NCBI GenBank assembly: GCA_977018835.1 | Contig: OZ361258.1 | Location: 3,720,001-3,784,000 of the forward strand | DNA length: 64,000 bases | Source of the DNA: Minutocellus sp. GHC0000111 | Taxonomy: Eukaryota | Direction: 5' to 3' | Shown: one piece after another, positions 26,188 to 39,133 of the stretch | Position numbering within the stretch: the stretch's first letter is position 1 | Layout: each line of letters opens with the position of its first letter | The notes under the pieces: generated by a model | What the model saw: the letters and a program-made list of their open reading frames with translations, nothing else | Told to the model about the DNA's origin: nothing | The model's database searches: none | Position numbers and translations under genes: made by a program

Positions 26188-26717
26188 AAATGAATTTTAG
26201 AATTTGGCATCCACACCTGCATAAAAATAAACAAAAAATAGTCCATGTACTCTAGTAAATACTGCAAGCTTGTTGCTGCCTCTGGGAAGATGACGAACGG
26301 CTCGGGATGACCCTACAACCTCAATCGAGAGACGATTTCAAGACGAAGAAGGCGACGCGTTCTAAAATCACGGCATTACTAGAACCGCAAGACAAAGGTT
26401 GTTCGGTTTTCGTCAGGGGGGTAGTAGCACTAGAATTTTGAGAGAATCGCTATCAAAGGTGCCGGAACAGTTTTTCCAAATTGACAGCCTTGATTTTAAC
26501 GTCGCCGACGGGCACCACAACCACTACAAATGGCACTGTGCGTTGCATAGCTGTAACGAGTAGATCAATGCGGATATTGTGATGTCTTTACTTTTATTCT
26601 ACGACCTGTGCATGGTGGATATTTGACACCGATGTCTGCCAAGATGCCATTCGACATGCTAGCTAGCTAGTAAGTTTACTGACGTAGATTACATTTATTG
26701 CACAAAAGGCGGACTCC

Positions 26718-28126
26718 TCAGGCTCGGATGTTCCGCAACATGTCCTTTGCATTTTCAAGTTGCTCCGTGTCCAGAAATCCGCCCTCCTTTGCACTGAGAT
26801 CAACGGCCTTCTTCAGCCAATACTTGGCCCAGGGCCAGTCCAAGCGCAGTCCATGCTTCCCCTCGAAATAATACATACCAAAGAAGAAACAGCCGCAATC
26901 GGACTGCAAAGCCGCGGCAGCGGCGACCAGCGTAATGCCTTTCGCTTCATTCTTCGTCGTTCCATTCCCTCCGCGATGGCATTTCCAGCGTAGGCCATGC
27001 CGTGGCCGTCCATCCTTTCCGCGGCCATGCTGAACCAGCGGAAGGCCGTCTTCGCGTCCTTCCTTGACTCCAGAAAGGAAAAGATACCTGCTCCATATCC
27101 CTTGCCAAGCATGCACATTGCCTCGGAATCGTTGTTGCGGAGGGCGCACAATTCCAGGTCGCATGCGGCGGCCTTGTCCTTCCAGTACTCCGCTTGCCTT
27201 GGACAAGGCTCAAGGCCATGCATGCCAGTCTTGTACCAGGTGGCCAGCAACCTCATGGCGCCTACATCCTTCTCTCCGGCCCTCTTTTTGAGGCTGGCCA
27301 CCTGGTTCTGCCGTTGATACCGATCGGCAACATCGCGACCGAAGGCGCCGCTCTGGACCATGTACCGGATGATATTTCGAACGACGATCGCGTCGGTCAG
27401 TTTGTTCCCCATTGGGAGATTCGTCTTGGGTGATCGCAGGATGCGATTGGTGCCAGACGATCGCACGTGCTCGAAATATTTCTGAATGGACCCCCGCTCG
27501 TATTGAAAGCCATCCTCGGCAGTGACGGGGTCCACCAGAAGTTCGTGAGATATGGGACACTTGACCTCCTCGGAAATGGCAGTTCCGAGCGTCCGAAGCT
27601 GCGGATCATCCGAAGCCGCAAACACGCTCTCTCGACCACCTGGCATCATTTCGCCGGCGCCTCGTTTCGGTGCTCTCGACGATGGGAGGCCAGAAGTGGT
27701 GCCGGTGGCTGCATTGCCCTCGCTAACATTGCTCCCTCCCTCCCCGCCAACACCCGCGGAGTTTGCGTCGAGGCCATTGGGGTTGCCGATGATCCGCCCG
27801 TATCGGACGATCACATCTACATCCAGAAGGATGACGACGGTGCGGCTCTGAATCAGATTGGCCATGTAGTCCTTCACCCGGATTACGTCGTGTTCTGCCA
27901 ACATTCTCGTCTCTATCAGATGGTTCATCTGTGCGGCTGCCAAACCCTGAACGAGGTTCTCTCCGTCCGACAGCACAAGTCGACACCGAGTGGTTCGGTT
28001 CACTACATCGCTGCTGGCAGACAACTTGATAATACGGACAACTTGGACAACGACGAAGACCGATTCGCTACTGATTTCTTCCGTTAGGGTCTGCGCCGCG
28101 CCTCTCGTCAAGGAGGGGACTTCCAT
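26718..28126 (-). pseudogene. RPA1 N-terminal OB fold + U-box + Sel1-repeat protein; frameshift near 26965
   Basis: RCRLVLSDGENLVQGL (RPA70N), CPISHELLVDPVTAEDGFQYERGSI..SPKTNLPM (U-box), AMRLLATWYKTG / AFRWFSMAAE (Sel1). The Sel1 repeats continue in ORF 26718..27206. Confidence 0.75.
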
Positions 28127-28713
28127 GGCGACGAGAGGGCACACAGATGAAAAGAAGCCACCAAATTATGATTCGATTCTGCGTGCGTGTGAGCAGGAAT
28201 TCCCTGCCAGAACAACTCGACTGGGTCGTCTTTATACTGCAAAATGGAACGAGCAACCCTTTCTTCTTATTGTCTTCGGACCCCCTCCCCCCCCGGCCCC
28301 GCAACCCGCAACCCGCAACAAGGAATGAGAACGAACAGTCGTAATCTGCAGAGCCGCCTGTGCCGTCCAGCGTCCAGCCGTCCCGCGCGCCGCTGCTCAT
28401 CACGCACCCGCCCGCCCAACCGTGTTCCCAGTTTTGAAGTTCAACAATGCGTCATCAGGAAAGCGGCGTGACGCGCGCCTGGGTGGCGTGGCACATTCTA
28501 TTATTCTACTACGTAGGCCTACCAAGGTAGTATTCTCATTCGATCATTCTTCGCCATGTCGATCGGGAGAAACATGCTACGTAGCATGGAATATGGAATA
28601 CGAACGCCAGAACGCCAGATTGCGGCCATGCCCTTTACTGAGCACACACAATCGGCGGTAGAGCAATTTGCTCAAAGCAATGTTGTTGGAACGCAACCAA
28701 GCGCAAAGGACCA

Positions 28714-31700
28714 ATGGACGACACTTCGGTCACAGACGCTGGCAATGGCGGAGATCGTCTCGCCTCGTTAACCCACAGAGACCTCGGTACCCCGACCCAA
28801 GTCGGCGAACGATTCCTCCGCATCTTTCTCGATTCGCCGCACTATCATCGGGCTCTGATGGAATTGCTCCAGGCAGATCCCAGCCTGGCCAAGGACTTTT
28901 CGCTGGAGATCGACATGACCGAACTGAGTCAACGGGATCCCGAGCTGGGCATCGTGCTTCTGCGGTGTCCCTCGACGTTGCTTCGCCTGCTGGAGGACGT
29001 CATCGTAGAAGCGCAGAATGCAGTAAAATCGAAGGCGGAGAGCCAGATGCTCAGCGATCTGGCACCACAGCCACACCCAATGAACCTCACCGTCAAGGGC
29101 GAAAAGGGAAGTCGGTCCGGCGATGCTGCTAATATCACCCCCAACCGCATCCACGCTCGTCTCACCCATCTCCTGCCCCACCCCACCCACTGCAAACCGT
29201 CAATCTCTCGTCTCAACGCCACTGACACCAACAAGATCATCCAGATAGCCGGCACCGTCACCAGGACCTCGGGCGTGTGCATGTACGAATCCGCACGCTC
29301 GTACCAATGCTGCGATCAGAAGAGTGGATGCGGCGGCGCCACCAAATTCAGAATATACGCAGACATGCAACAACACAACAACGCGCTGCCGAAGCCCACC
29401 ATGTGTCCCGGTCAGGATTCCGACGGCAACCCATGCGGAAGCAACAAATTTGTCGAGTTGGAGGACATGTCGGTCCACACCGATTACCAAGAAATCAAGA
29501 TCCAGGAGAGCAGAGGCCAGAGCGGCGGGAGCAGGACCGGATCTGCTCCTCGTAGCCTGCTCGTCAAGTGCCAGCACGATCTTGTCAATCGATGCCAACC
29601 CGGTGACGAGGTCGTGGTGGTCGGCACCCTGATCAGCCAATGGCAGCCCTTGGTCGCCGGCCAAGGCGGGGACGCGGGCGTGGCACTCGACGCGAATTCC
29701 ATCCGCGTCGTCAATGCCGAGGACAGCCCCAGTGTCTCTTGGAGCGGGACCTTGCTGGCCAGCAACAGAGCAACTCGGAATGGGCAGACACTGCTGGAAA
29801 ATTTCGAAGAATACTGGGCGTCTCCGTACGCAAAGGCTCACCCCATTGCCGCACGGAACAAGATATGCCGATCAGTTTGTCCTCGGCTGTACGGGATGAG
29901 CACGATAACGCTGGCTCTGTTGGTCACACTCATTGGTGGTGGTGCCCAGGATAATACTGCCACCCACGATAGATCCACCGAATCGGAGGATGATGGCTCG
30001 TCCAACACCATTCTGGGAGAGGCAGACGACGCCACCGGCACGGACAACAGACCGAAGCAGTTCAAGACCTCCTTCCATACCCTACACAAAGATCGGCGCA
30101 AGTCCAAATCGGTCCAGACCCGACGGAGGGACCAATCCCACATGTTGCTGGTTGGTGAGTTCTGCTTTTTTTTTTTTTGCCAAAACTCATTTCGTTAGCT
30201 CTTAGCTATTGTATTAGCCATTGCATTTGCATCATCCATGATTTTGACACCTTGAGACTTACAATAAACCACCCATACATCTCTAACCCTTTCCTTCTCT
30301 CTCTCTCCCTCTCTCTCCCACCTACCCGTACATGTATATACTTTCTCCGCCCCCTCCATTCCCTCTCGACTGCTCCCTGCACTTATCTCACACCAAAGGT
30401 GATCCGGGCACCGGTAAATCTCAGTTTCTGCGCTTCGCCGCAGCGCTGTGCCCCCGAAGCGTCATGACGACCGGCACCGGTACCACCTCGGCTGGTCTTA
30501 CCTGTGCCGCCGTACGGGAGGGCAACCAAGGAGAATATCAGTTGGAGGCGGGGGCCCTGGTCCTTGCCGACAAGGGCGTTTGCTGCATCGACGAATTTGG
30601 CTGCATCCGATCAGAGGAGCGCACGGCAATTCACGAGGCAATGGAGCAACAGACGTTGTCGGTCGCCAAGGCCGGCATCGTTGCCAAATTGAACTGTCGA
30701 GCCACGGTGATCGCCGTCACAAACGCCAAAGGAGGCCTCTACGATCACGGCAAGACCCTCACGGAGAACACTGGGATCGAATCCCCACTGATGTCTCGCT
30801 TCGATCTGGTGTTTCGTCTGGTCGACGAAGGCGACTCGATACGGGATGAGAAGGTGGCAACCTTCCTGCTAAACAAGGCCATCGTGGGACCTTCCTGCCA
30901 TTCTTCTACCCCTAATGGCACGACCGAATCAACCCAAGGGGATTACTGGTCGATGGAGAAGCTCCGCATCTACATCGCCACGGTCCAGTCTCGATTCCGC
31001 CCAGCAGTGAACAACGAAGCTGTGAAACTCCTCAAGGCGCACTACCAAGCCTGCCGAGCAAGCATGTCTCAGACTACCTCAATAACGGTGCGCTTCCTGG
31101 AGTCGCTCATTCGATTGTCACAGGCTCACGCCCGGCTCATGTATCGCAGTCAGGTCACCCTTCACGATGCCGCCGCCGCAATTCTGCTCATGGAGTGCAG
31201 CGCCGGCTGCCTAGGCGGCATCGAGCAAAGTCGGGCTCCTTTCACCACCGATGATGACTATCGGCCCCTCTACAGAGACCCCATGGTCACTATTTTCCCC
31301 GATGACGACGTGGCGGATATTGAATTTCTATGCGACGAGTACATACTGCTTGACCGATATGACATGGTATTTCGTCTATCAGAAGAGGAACGCGAAACTG
31401 CGGCGGCACATCTCCGGAAGCATCGACGCAGTCCCGGCGATCAAGATAGACCTAATCCCAACGAAGTCGACGAGAACAACAACGTAAGAGTACAAGACGA
31501 CGACACTGAAGATGGCAATGGTGGAGGGGGCGCTAACCAAGATGGAGGCGGTCTTGCCACCGGCGGCGAGGGGAATAGGAGAAATACCACTCGAGGAGCA
31601 CACCGAAATGCAGGCCACCAAGACAAATCACTTGTGCGTGGACGATCAGCAACTATCAGCGAATATGCCTATGGAAATTTTATTCAGCCATCGGCAACCA

Positions 31701-31978
31701 CCACCCAATGCCCACCCACCGGTATCGAACGGACTGAATTGACGGCACAGAGACCGATAGCTCGGCCTCGAGGCAACGCTAGTCAACGCATTTGCAATAC
31801 AGGTCAAGGCATCTGTCCAGAACCGAATTCCCCTAACCCTTCCTCCTTCCCCTGGACAAGTCCACCGCCACACCGATTACCCGCGTCAGACGAAATAGTA
31901 GGTTTTGCCAAGCCACCATGGACTCCACACAGCAACATCAATGAGAGTCCTAAGCGCAGGAGGCGCACGGCCGACTGA
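28714..31978 (+). CDS. MCM9: DNA helicase MCM9; intron 30155-30398
   Basis: Spliced LLVGDPGTGKSQFL, RSVMTTGTGTTSAGLT, CCIDEF, IHEAMEQQTLSVAKAG, SRFDL and TVRFLESLIRLSQAHARLM follow the MCM9 pattern. Confidence 0.88.
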
Positions 31979-32201
31979 CCTGCACAACTGCGTAACTTTA
32001 GACACTCTTTTATTACACACAGCTCCCCTCCACTACATTTGTCCATACAATGCAGTTCGAAAGGCCACTTGATGCATTGGTCGCCACCTAAATACTAAAA
32101 TATAAAACTCTAATGACTGTAAAAAATGTGTACATCCTTGTGTAACAAACTCGAAGAAAAGAAGAAGGTTTGGAAACAAATCAATCGTGCGAAGCGTGCC
32201 T

Positions 32202-32855
32202 TCAGCTCAAATTTGCAGTGATGACGAGACGCTCGGTCTCCAACATCAACCCGTTGATCATGGGGTCCTCGTGGTGGAAGCCGCCGCGGCCGTACGAGCG
32301 ACTATCCTCTGCGTACCAATCTTCGAGGAGGTCGGGAAGGTAACCCGCCTTCTTGAGTGCCTTCAGCACGCGGACGAGCTTCTTGGAAAACGTGTTGCCG
32401 GTCCGAGGTTCCGGCCGATTGAACACATCCCGGCACGTCTTCTTTGTTGCCTCTGTCAACTCCCGCCGAATAACAGCTTCATCCTCGTCCTTGTCGACGT
32501 AGCAGAAGAGGACGCCGCGCCTCCATCCGTCGAGGAGGACGCTGGCAGCAAACGTGTACAGGATAGAATCTTCCATCTCCTTGTCTGTTGTCAGACGCAG
32601 GTCGCCCGCAATATCGAAGGAGAGAAAGTATGCAAAGCAGCAGGTAAGTTTATTCGCAATCCATATGGTTCCATTTGATAAATGCAGATTTGGATCACGC
32701 AAGAGCTGGTCGACCCGACGGAGCTGATAGGGAACGGCGTGGCACTCCATTTCATCGTCGATCTCATCTGGCTCGGGAACAATAAAGTTGGCAAAGGTGT
32801 CTGGGATGGGGAAAGAGAGGAGGAGGTGGATTGCGCTGACAGCAAAGTGCATCAT
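32202..32855 (-). CDS. Hypothetical protein (5' structure uncertain, possible intron)
   Basis: 217-aa ORF with protein-like C-terminal half. No family recognised. Confidence 0.35.
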   Translation of the reverse strand: MMHFAVSAIHLLLSFPIPDTFANFIVPEPDEIDDEMECHAVPYQLRRVDQLLRDPNLHLSNGTIWIANKLTCCFAYFLSFDIAGDLRLTTDKEMEDSILYTFAASVLLDGWRRGVLFCYVDKDEDEAVIRRELTEATKKTCRDVFNRPEPRTGNTFSKKLVRVLKALKKAGYLPDLLEDWYAEDSRSYGRGGFHHEDPMINGLMLETERLVITANLS

Positions 32856-33654
32856 GAGTGGTTAGTTGTCGTCGTTTTGTGAGCTCACTAGAGTACAACT
32901 ACGGAATTTTCTTGTAAACCGAGAAAGCCTTTTCCATCGTACCAATCGGGTATGTATGTCTTGACAACAAACATTTCACTTTGGATATCTAGGACACCCG
33001 GATTCGATTCCTACTTTCGGGTCGCCGGCGCGATTTGAGGAACAAGAGAAAAAACGACGAGGAACGAAGACGAGGACGTGATTAGGAATTCATCTCTGTG
33101 ACTTTCCCTCCTCATAAAGTTGACTTCATAAACAACCGCCTTCCAACGGCTGCATTATTTGACAAAACTTCAAGATCAACATGAAAATCAGAAGCTCTGA
33201 ACTGATGAGGATCCAGGTGCTGGAGGGAGTGATAAGAGAGCGAAACAAGGACATCGACGAGCTTCGTGCCCTAGTAAACAACCAAAAGAAATGATCTACA
33301 ATCAGGGTGAACTTATCGAGTTGATCGAAAGCCAGCACGAAACGCTCACTAACATTGAGCGCAACAACGATGAACTGATCAAGAACCAAGATAAAATTAT
33401 CAAGCGCCAAGGTGAATTCATCGAGAAGGTCATGGAACGCATCGGAGGAAGTCACACTATGCGCACGGACTTGATGAACATCAACAAGGCGCATGTGGTT
33501 ACTGATGGATAGGGAACACCACATCTTTGTCCCCTGAAATAAACTTGTTGTCTCACCGTGTGCGCATTACATGCACATGCATGCATGCATGTGTGCATGT
33601 CGCTTGGCATGTCGTTACAACCTCAATTAAACATAAAACACAAATATATGTACA

Positions 33655-34607
33655 TTGTTTAACCGCGATGATGCCATCAGAGGTACAAAACTTATCGTCT
33701 CCCATTTCAAGCGATTCGGCCTGACAGTACACACCGGTAGTAGATCCCTCGGAGAAGGCTCCAAGACAGAAGCCCTGTACATCCCGCCACCTAGGAAGGA
33801 ATCGCACACCAAGGAGGAGCTACTGGTAGCAACTGGAGACATTGTTATCGACGACGACCGACACATATCGTACACCGATGAATTCAAATACCTCGGCAGC
33901 CTGCTTGAGAAGCAACTGAACGATATTGTTGATATAAATGCCAGAATCAAGCAAGCCAAAGGCCAATTCCAAGCGATGAGAGATAATGTCTTCACCAACC
34001 AAGGATATACCACTACCCGAGCGACTACGATACTACAATGCCCTCACCGATGACACAGTTCTATGGGGATGCGAAAGCTGGGCGCACAAACCATCACTGA
34101 TCAAAAAGCTAGAGTCCATGCATCACAACTGCCTCCGTCAAATCATTGGGTACAACTTCTACCGGGACGGTAAAGTCACAAACGAAGAAATTAGAGCTGA
34201 AGCTCTTAGTGCCTATACGATGGAAACCAATCTAGAACTAAGGAGATGCAGATGGCTAGAGAAGATTGCAAACATGGGAGAAAACAGACTGCCTAGCTAG
34301 AAAATTATTTGGAGCCTTCTGCCATGGAAAATCTAGACGACGCGGCAAAGCCAAAGTCACAATTCGACATGGATGCCGTGACACTCTAGAGAAAGTAGGC
34401 TTCGGATCTAGAGCAAACGACCTAAGTGAATGGATACCAGCTGCCAGAGATCCAGTTCTACGGGTTGAAATAGTGGAGTATCGACTAGGATTAGACGACG
34501 ATTTCTGATACTATTTTCGGTTGCTACAGCGGATTTTACATTTAGAGATTAGGGAACTCAAGCCCAATAACCTAGGCGAGTACTCATAATCATCATCATC
34601 ATCATCA
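33655..34607 (+). mobile_element. 5'-truncated, decayed non-LTR (LINE, RTE-like) retrotransposon 3' end
   Basis: SKTEALYIP, EFKYLGS, DINARIKQA, VLWGCESW, HHNCLRQI, LPRKLFGA spread over three frames; ends in an (ATC)n tail at 34589-34606. Confidence 0.85.
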
Positions 34608-34749
34608 CATGGCCGGCATCACTCCTGGAGTCGTCAGCAAACCAGATGTTGATGTGAGTGTGTTGCCAGTGCCATTGTCACCTACATGTACACTACCAAC
34701 ACACAAATTGTACCAATCACGGCGATTGGAGTAGAATGGGATCTCGAGA

Positions 34750-35493
34750 TTAGAAGGCGATGCCATCCTGAAAGGTCTTAATCTTGTATTCTTGCCACTT
34801 GGTCTCGGCCGACATTTCACGCTCCACCGACGACAGCACTCGTTGAATGACATCCTCTTCGACCTCTCCCTCACGGCAACCCAACTCGGCTTCCTTCTCC
34901 AGCATTTCTTCCGTCGGCGCATCGGATACGGGAATGGGGGGCCCATTGTTCATTGCGATATTGTGCTCGGCTTCTACTTTGCTCACCAGGCCAAAGAACT
35001 CGGATCTATGGCGCAGAATCATCTTTGTCATCTCCTTTTCATGGATATTCATGAGAGCAATCAGCCGGCTATTTGGAGACTCGATCAATGTGCGAGCAGC
35101 CTCGTCATCACCACCACGACCCTGCTCTTTGGAGCGCCTTACAGTCGCGCTTCTGATGCCCTCGGTCACTTCTCGAGCGGTGCCACCGACGAGGACGTCG
35201 GTGCTTACACTGCGGGTGGTGGCACCAGTGGCACCATCGCTACCATCACGATGATCGACTTGGGCGCCTCCCACCTTCTCGACTTCCATGACAAGCCGTC
35301 TCGGGCTGTATCCAAGGGGATAGGACTCATTTATGAGCCATCTGCAATACTTTAGACAGTCGGTTATGGCCCTTCGCTCGGTGCGCAGTTCCTTGAACGC
35401 TTTCATTGCGCGAAGACGATCCTGCTTGGTCACCGCCACCACCGATGGCTGGATACATGTAGACCTATCGCCACGAGCAGGAGCAAGAGGCAT
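34750..35493 (-). CDS. Hypothetical protein
   Basis: 247-aa ORF, no recognisable motif. Confidence 0.3.
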   Translation of the reverse strand: MPLAPARGDRSTCIQPSVVAVTKQDRLRAMKAFKELRTERRAITDCLKYCRWLINESYPLGYSPRRLVMEVEKVGGAQVDHRDGSDGATGATTRSVSTDVLVGGTAREVTEGIRSATVRRSKEQGRGGDDEAARTLIESPNSRLIALMNIHEKEMTKMILRHRSEFFGLVSKVEAEHNIAMNNGPPIPVSDAPTEEMLEKEAELGCREGEVEEDVIQRVLSSVEREMSAETKWQEYKIKTFQDGIAF

Positions 35494-35781
35494 TCTGCGG
35501 TACGGATTAGTGACGGGTCAATGCTCCTAGCTAATATTGATAATATATGCTCAACAACTGCGCTGCTCGATTTAGGAGAAACAAGTTCCTGCTGGATGCT
35601 TCTGCACTCTGGCTCATTACGAACTCGTATGAACGAGCGGAAAGACACCAGGTGACGAGGAAAGCGGAAAAGGCCGCTCTCTCAAAAAAGGAAAGGAACG
35701 GCGCTTTCACACCAACAAGTCAATTCCCAGCGCTTTGCATGAGTCATTGAATCGTCTCATACTTTTCACCAACATTCTACC

Positions 35782-36450
35782 ATGCCATTTTTCCTCTCAT
35801 TCCACAGAGAGCACACTAGCAGAGGCGGAGGCCTCATACTGAGATGCCACGCTCGGGTCGTGTACACCCAAACCGATGCGGTCAATTTGGTCCAGAGCGA
35901 CCGCGAAAGCTGCGTTGACACACTCACACGGGTGCTCGTCCCGGTCCCGTCTTACTTGCTGGATGTCGCCATACACGCCTATGCGTGTGTGGAGATAGAG
36001 GCGAACGCTATCGACCCTGTCAATCCGACCATCGGTCGCTGGCTCGCCAGGCACATGGCAGACATCGTCGAGGAAAACAAATTCGATCGGGACAGAGATT
36101 CCATACATGATTTTCTTTTCATGCGATATGTCAACGACTGTCTCGATCGGGTGATCAGCCTCAACTACCCTAACCATCCTTCTTATCTCAACGAACGCAC
36201 CAGAAGTGAAGCAAGCAATGTCATCATCACCCGGGCAAACACGCAATCGAAGCCCTCATTCCGCGAAAAGATTCACGCGGTCCAAGTCGAGACCCTCGTA
36301 TTCGTCAACAGCCTCAATCTCGACAGCTCGAAGAGCGCCCTGCAAATATACCACGAGGTTTTCAAAATGAAGCATTGCGAGTGCCCTCGATATCCGCCAC
36401 GAATCATCTTCTTCGACGAGAACGACGACGAAGAACAAAGGAGACTCTAA
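35782..36450 (+). CDS. Hypothetical protein
   Basis: 222-aa ORF with globular-like composition. Confidence 0.4.
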   Translation: MPFFLSFHREHTSRGGGLILRCHARVVYTQTDAVNLVQSDRESCVDTLTRVLVPVPSYLLDVAIHAYACVEIEANAIDPVNPTIGRWLARHMADIVEENKFDRDRDSIHDFLFMRYVNDCLDRVISLNYPNHPSYLNERTRSEASNVIITRANTQSKPSFREKIHAVQVETLVFVNSLNLDSSKSALQIYHEVFKMKHCECPRYPPRIIFFDENDDEEQRRL

Positions 36451-37193
36451 ACCGCCACACTTCACAGCCGCCTAAATAAATCCATCGACAATTAAAGCGG
36501 TAAATTACCCAGGCCTGATTATAGACCATGTGTGCGCACATGGCTGCTCTGGCTAGCTACATGTACGTAGAAGGGCCTTCTCCACACGTACTAATTGATA
36601 GAGTTGTCGCCAAATTGTATGTTAACCTTATGTTCTACATTCAAATCGAAACAAATTTGCGTAGATACAAAGTAAACCAACCGAATGCCAAAATGGGTTC
36701 CTTTTACAGGCAATTCCCCCCGCCTGAAATTAGATTCTAGGTGTGGGTGTACATGAACATGTGCTATTGCTTGGCCCGTCGTCACCTTGCTCGGACAAGG
36801 GAACACCAAGGAGAATCTTCAATTCATGGCGCGGCCTTCCCCTGCCTTACATACATGTACGGTGTGTTGTTATGTGTACAGAAGATTGATACAGATATAT
36901 GTAATATCTACGCGTTTATCGGATTGTCATCTTGAATGAATGAAGAGATAAGATCAAAAAGGTCCGGGGCAATCAACCGTGCAATTTTCGTCTTTCTAGA
37001 TAGACATGTAGAATAGATAGATAGATAGATAGGCATATTTTACTTACACATGAACTACTATATCTATTAAATTGATCCATGCAGTTGTAGACTTTCAACA
37101 CATGATGTAACTACCGAAGCTGCGTAGGACAGAACAGAACACGAATTCAAATAAATGACGGCGGAAACGACCAACGGGACACCTACCGAGAGC

Positions 37194-38701
37194 CTAACGC
37201 TTGCGCTTGGATGCTCGATTCTTTGATCCAACAACTGGAGGTAGAGGCGGCGCTATCGCATGCATCTCGGCATACTGGATTTCGGTATAGACACCCATGG
37301 AGTCCAGTTTATTACTCTGAACGCCACCCTCGAACTTAATATCAAGCAGCTCACCGCGGCAACGAGAAGCAGGCCACACCTTCTTTATCTCGCCCCACCC
37401 AGGCCTGCAATAATGAAACAGCACCAAGAAGGCAAATCAGATGACGAGAGGAAATGCACACCCACAGACAAATGCATTTACTCCAATCTATACCAATCAT
37501 AAATGACAGCGACGACAGAATATCTGATAAAAGAAATTGCACACATAGCCATCCCGACGGAAGCGGAGAGATGTGGGAAGCGATGACAATCACCAATACA
37601 GCTTACTTACTTTTCACCATCAACATATACACGGGCACCGACCACCTTCTCCGTCGACCAGGCACGCGAAGAAGGGAGATGCGCTGGCTTGGTACCTCGT
37701 TGCTGTCGAGCATCCCCGTCATCAATCAGCTCCGCTTTCGTGCTGTTGCTTCGCACAGGAGTGACAGCGTCCGCAAACGAAACAGGAATTTCCGTTGCCG
37801 GGCTAGTGATTTGTGCTACACCGGATGAAAGGGAAGCCGTGCCAGCAGTGGCTACTTCCGCTGACTTTTCGACAGGACCATCGACTTTGCCGGGAGAGCT
37901 TTCAAGGACCACGCCATCACCGGCACCGCCAAGTCCTCCTATAGCTGCTGCTTCATCGACGGCGGCAGCAGTGGCACCGGTGTTGGCAGAGGGCAGTTCG
38001 TCGTCACTGTAGAGATACCTGATGTTGTAAAGGGCGCGGTACCTGCTCTTGCTGCCCGTGACGGCAGTGGGGGAGGTGACATCAATGAATTCACCGACAC
38101 GCTCATCGCTATCCTTGGCTGACAACACGTGAGGAGTTGGGCCCGTGTATTGGAATGCATCTGCCCACTCCTTTCGCGATTTATCGCCTTCCGCAACGCG
38201 CTTTTCCTCGGAAGCCAGATATTCCGTCAGGATGGAATTGAGCTCCCTGACGGCTCCGTCGGAACTTTCAACAACCATCAGCATGGACTCCTGCTGTGGA
38301 GGTGGTCCACTTCCTTCCGCAGAAGCTCTGCCGGGAACAGTGCTTCCGATGATAGACGGTACGTCGACGCGCCAAACGGTCATCATTTGCACCGGTTGAT
38401 ACGGCTCCTGCGCCGGTCCTCCTTCGGGCGCGGGGACTGCCAAATGCTAGGAGGGCACAAGGCTGACCGCTTTCGTCATCCTGTGAACGACACGGACGAA
38501 GGGAGCATATCGACCCTGAACAAAGGTGTCATGCGTCTGCCTAAGGGTTCCAGGGCGCGGCCCTCTCGCCTTTGACTTTCTCGTGGAGGAGTTGCACGAT
38601 TTCTTCTTTACGGCACCACCACCGGCAAAACTGCCGACATCACCGGGAGAAGGACTGGCTGCAGATGAAGTTGTACCGGTGGGAGATGGCGTGTCGTCCA
38701 T
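37194..38701 (-). pseudogene. Hypothetical gene with in-frame TAG (38449-38447) and a possible Tudor-like last exon
   Basis: ORFs 38447..38830 and 37607..38443 share a frame and are split by one stop. A GTAAGT donor lies near 37610, and the downstream ORF has WGEIKKV..LDIKFEGG. Confidence 0.35.
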
Positions 38702-38906
38702 CACTGCAACTTGCGACAACAATATTTGCGCGGTCAGACAAATCTTGCGTTTTGATGTGTCTAATGAAACCCACCACCGACTTGAAATGAATAAGCAACA
38801 TTCACTACATCGAAGAGTAACTCGTTCCATTTTAGTTCGGTGCTGATTGGCTGACCTTCAACGTTCTCAATTATTTCGATACCATGCTTCTAGCTACGTA
38901 GCCACG

Positions 38907-38957
38907 TACCTAGGTACCTAGGTACCTAGGTAATAGTAGTACCTAGGTACCTAGGTA
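38907..38957. repeat. Tandem palindromic TACCTAGG array (x3 + x2)
   Basis: (TACCTAGG)3TA at 38907-38932 and (TACCTAGG)2TA at 38940-38957. Confidence 0.95.
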
Positions 38958-39133
38958 CAGTAGCATTCAGCCATTCGCATTCCGGTAGATTCGTCATCGA
39001 TACTCCTCTCTTGAAATATTATGAAACTTTCCCGAAAACAATCATTTAAGGGAGTGACGAGAGAACCGAAGATGAATCGAATCATTCGACTCATTTCACA
39101 ACAAAGCAGTTTGCGATTGCGTCACACAAGTAC

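Noticed and set aside
35430..35648. Joining this ORF to 34750..35493 by removing TAGCTA/TACATGTA modules
   Set aside because: Removal does not restore a common open frame; a TGA remains at 35520-35518.
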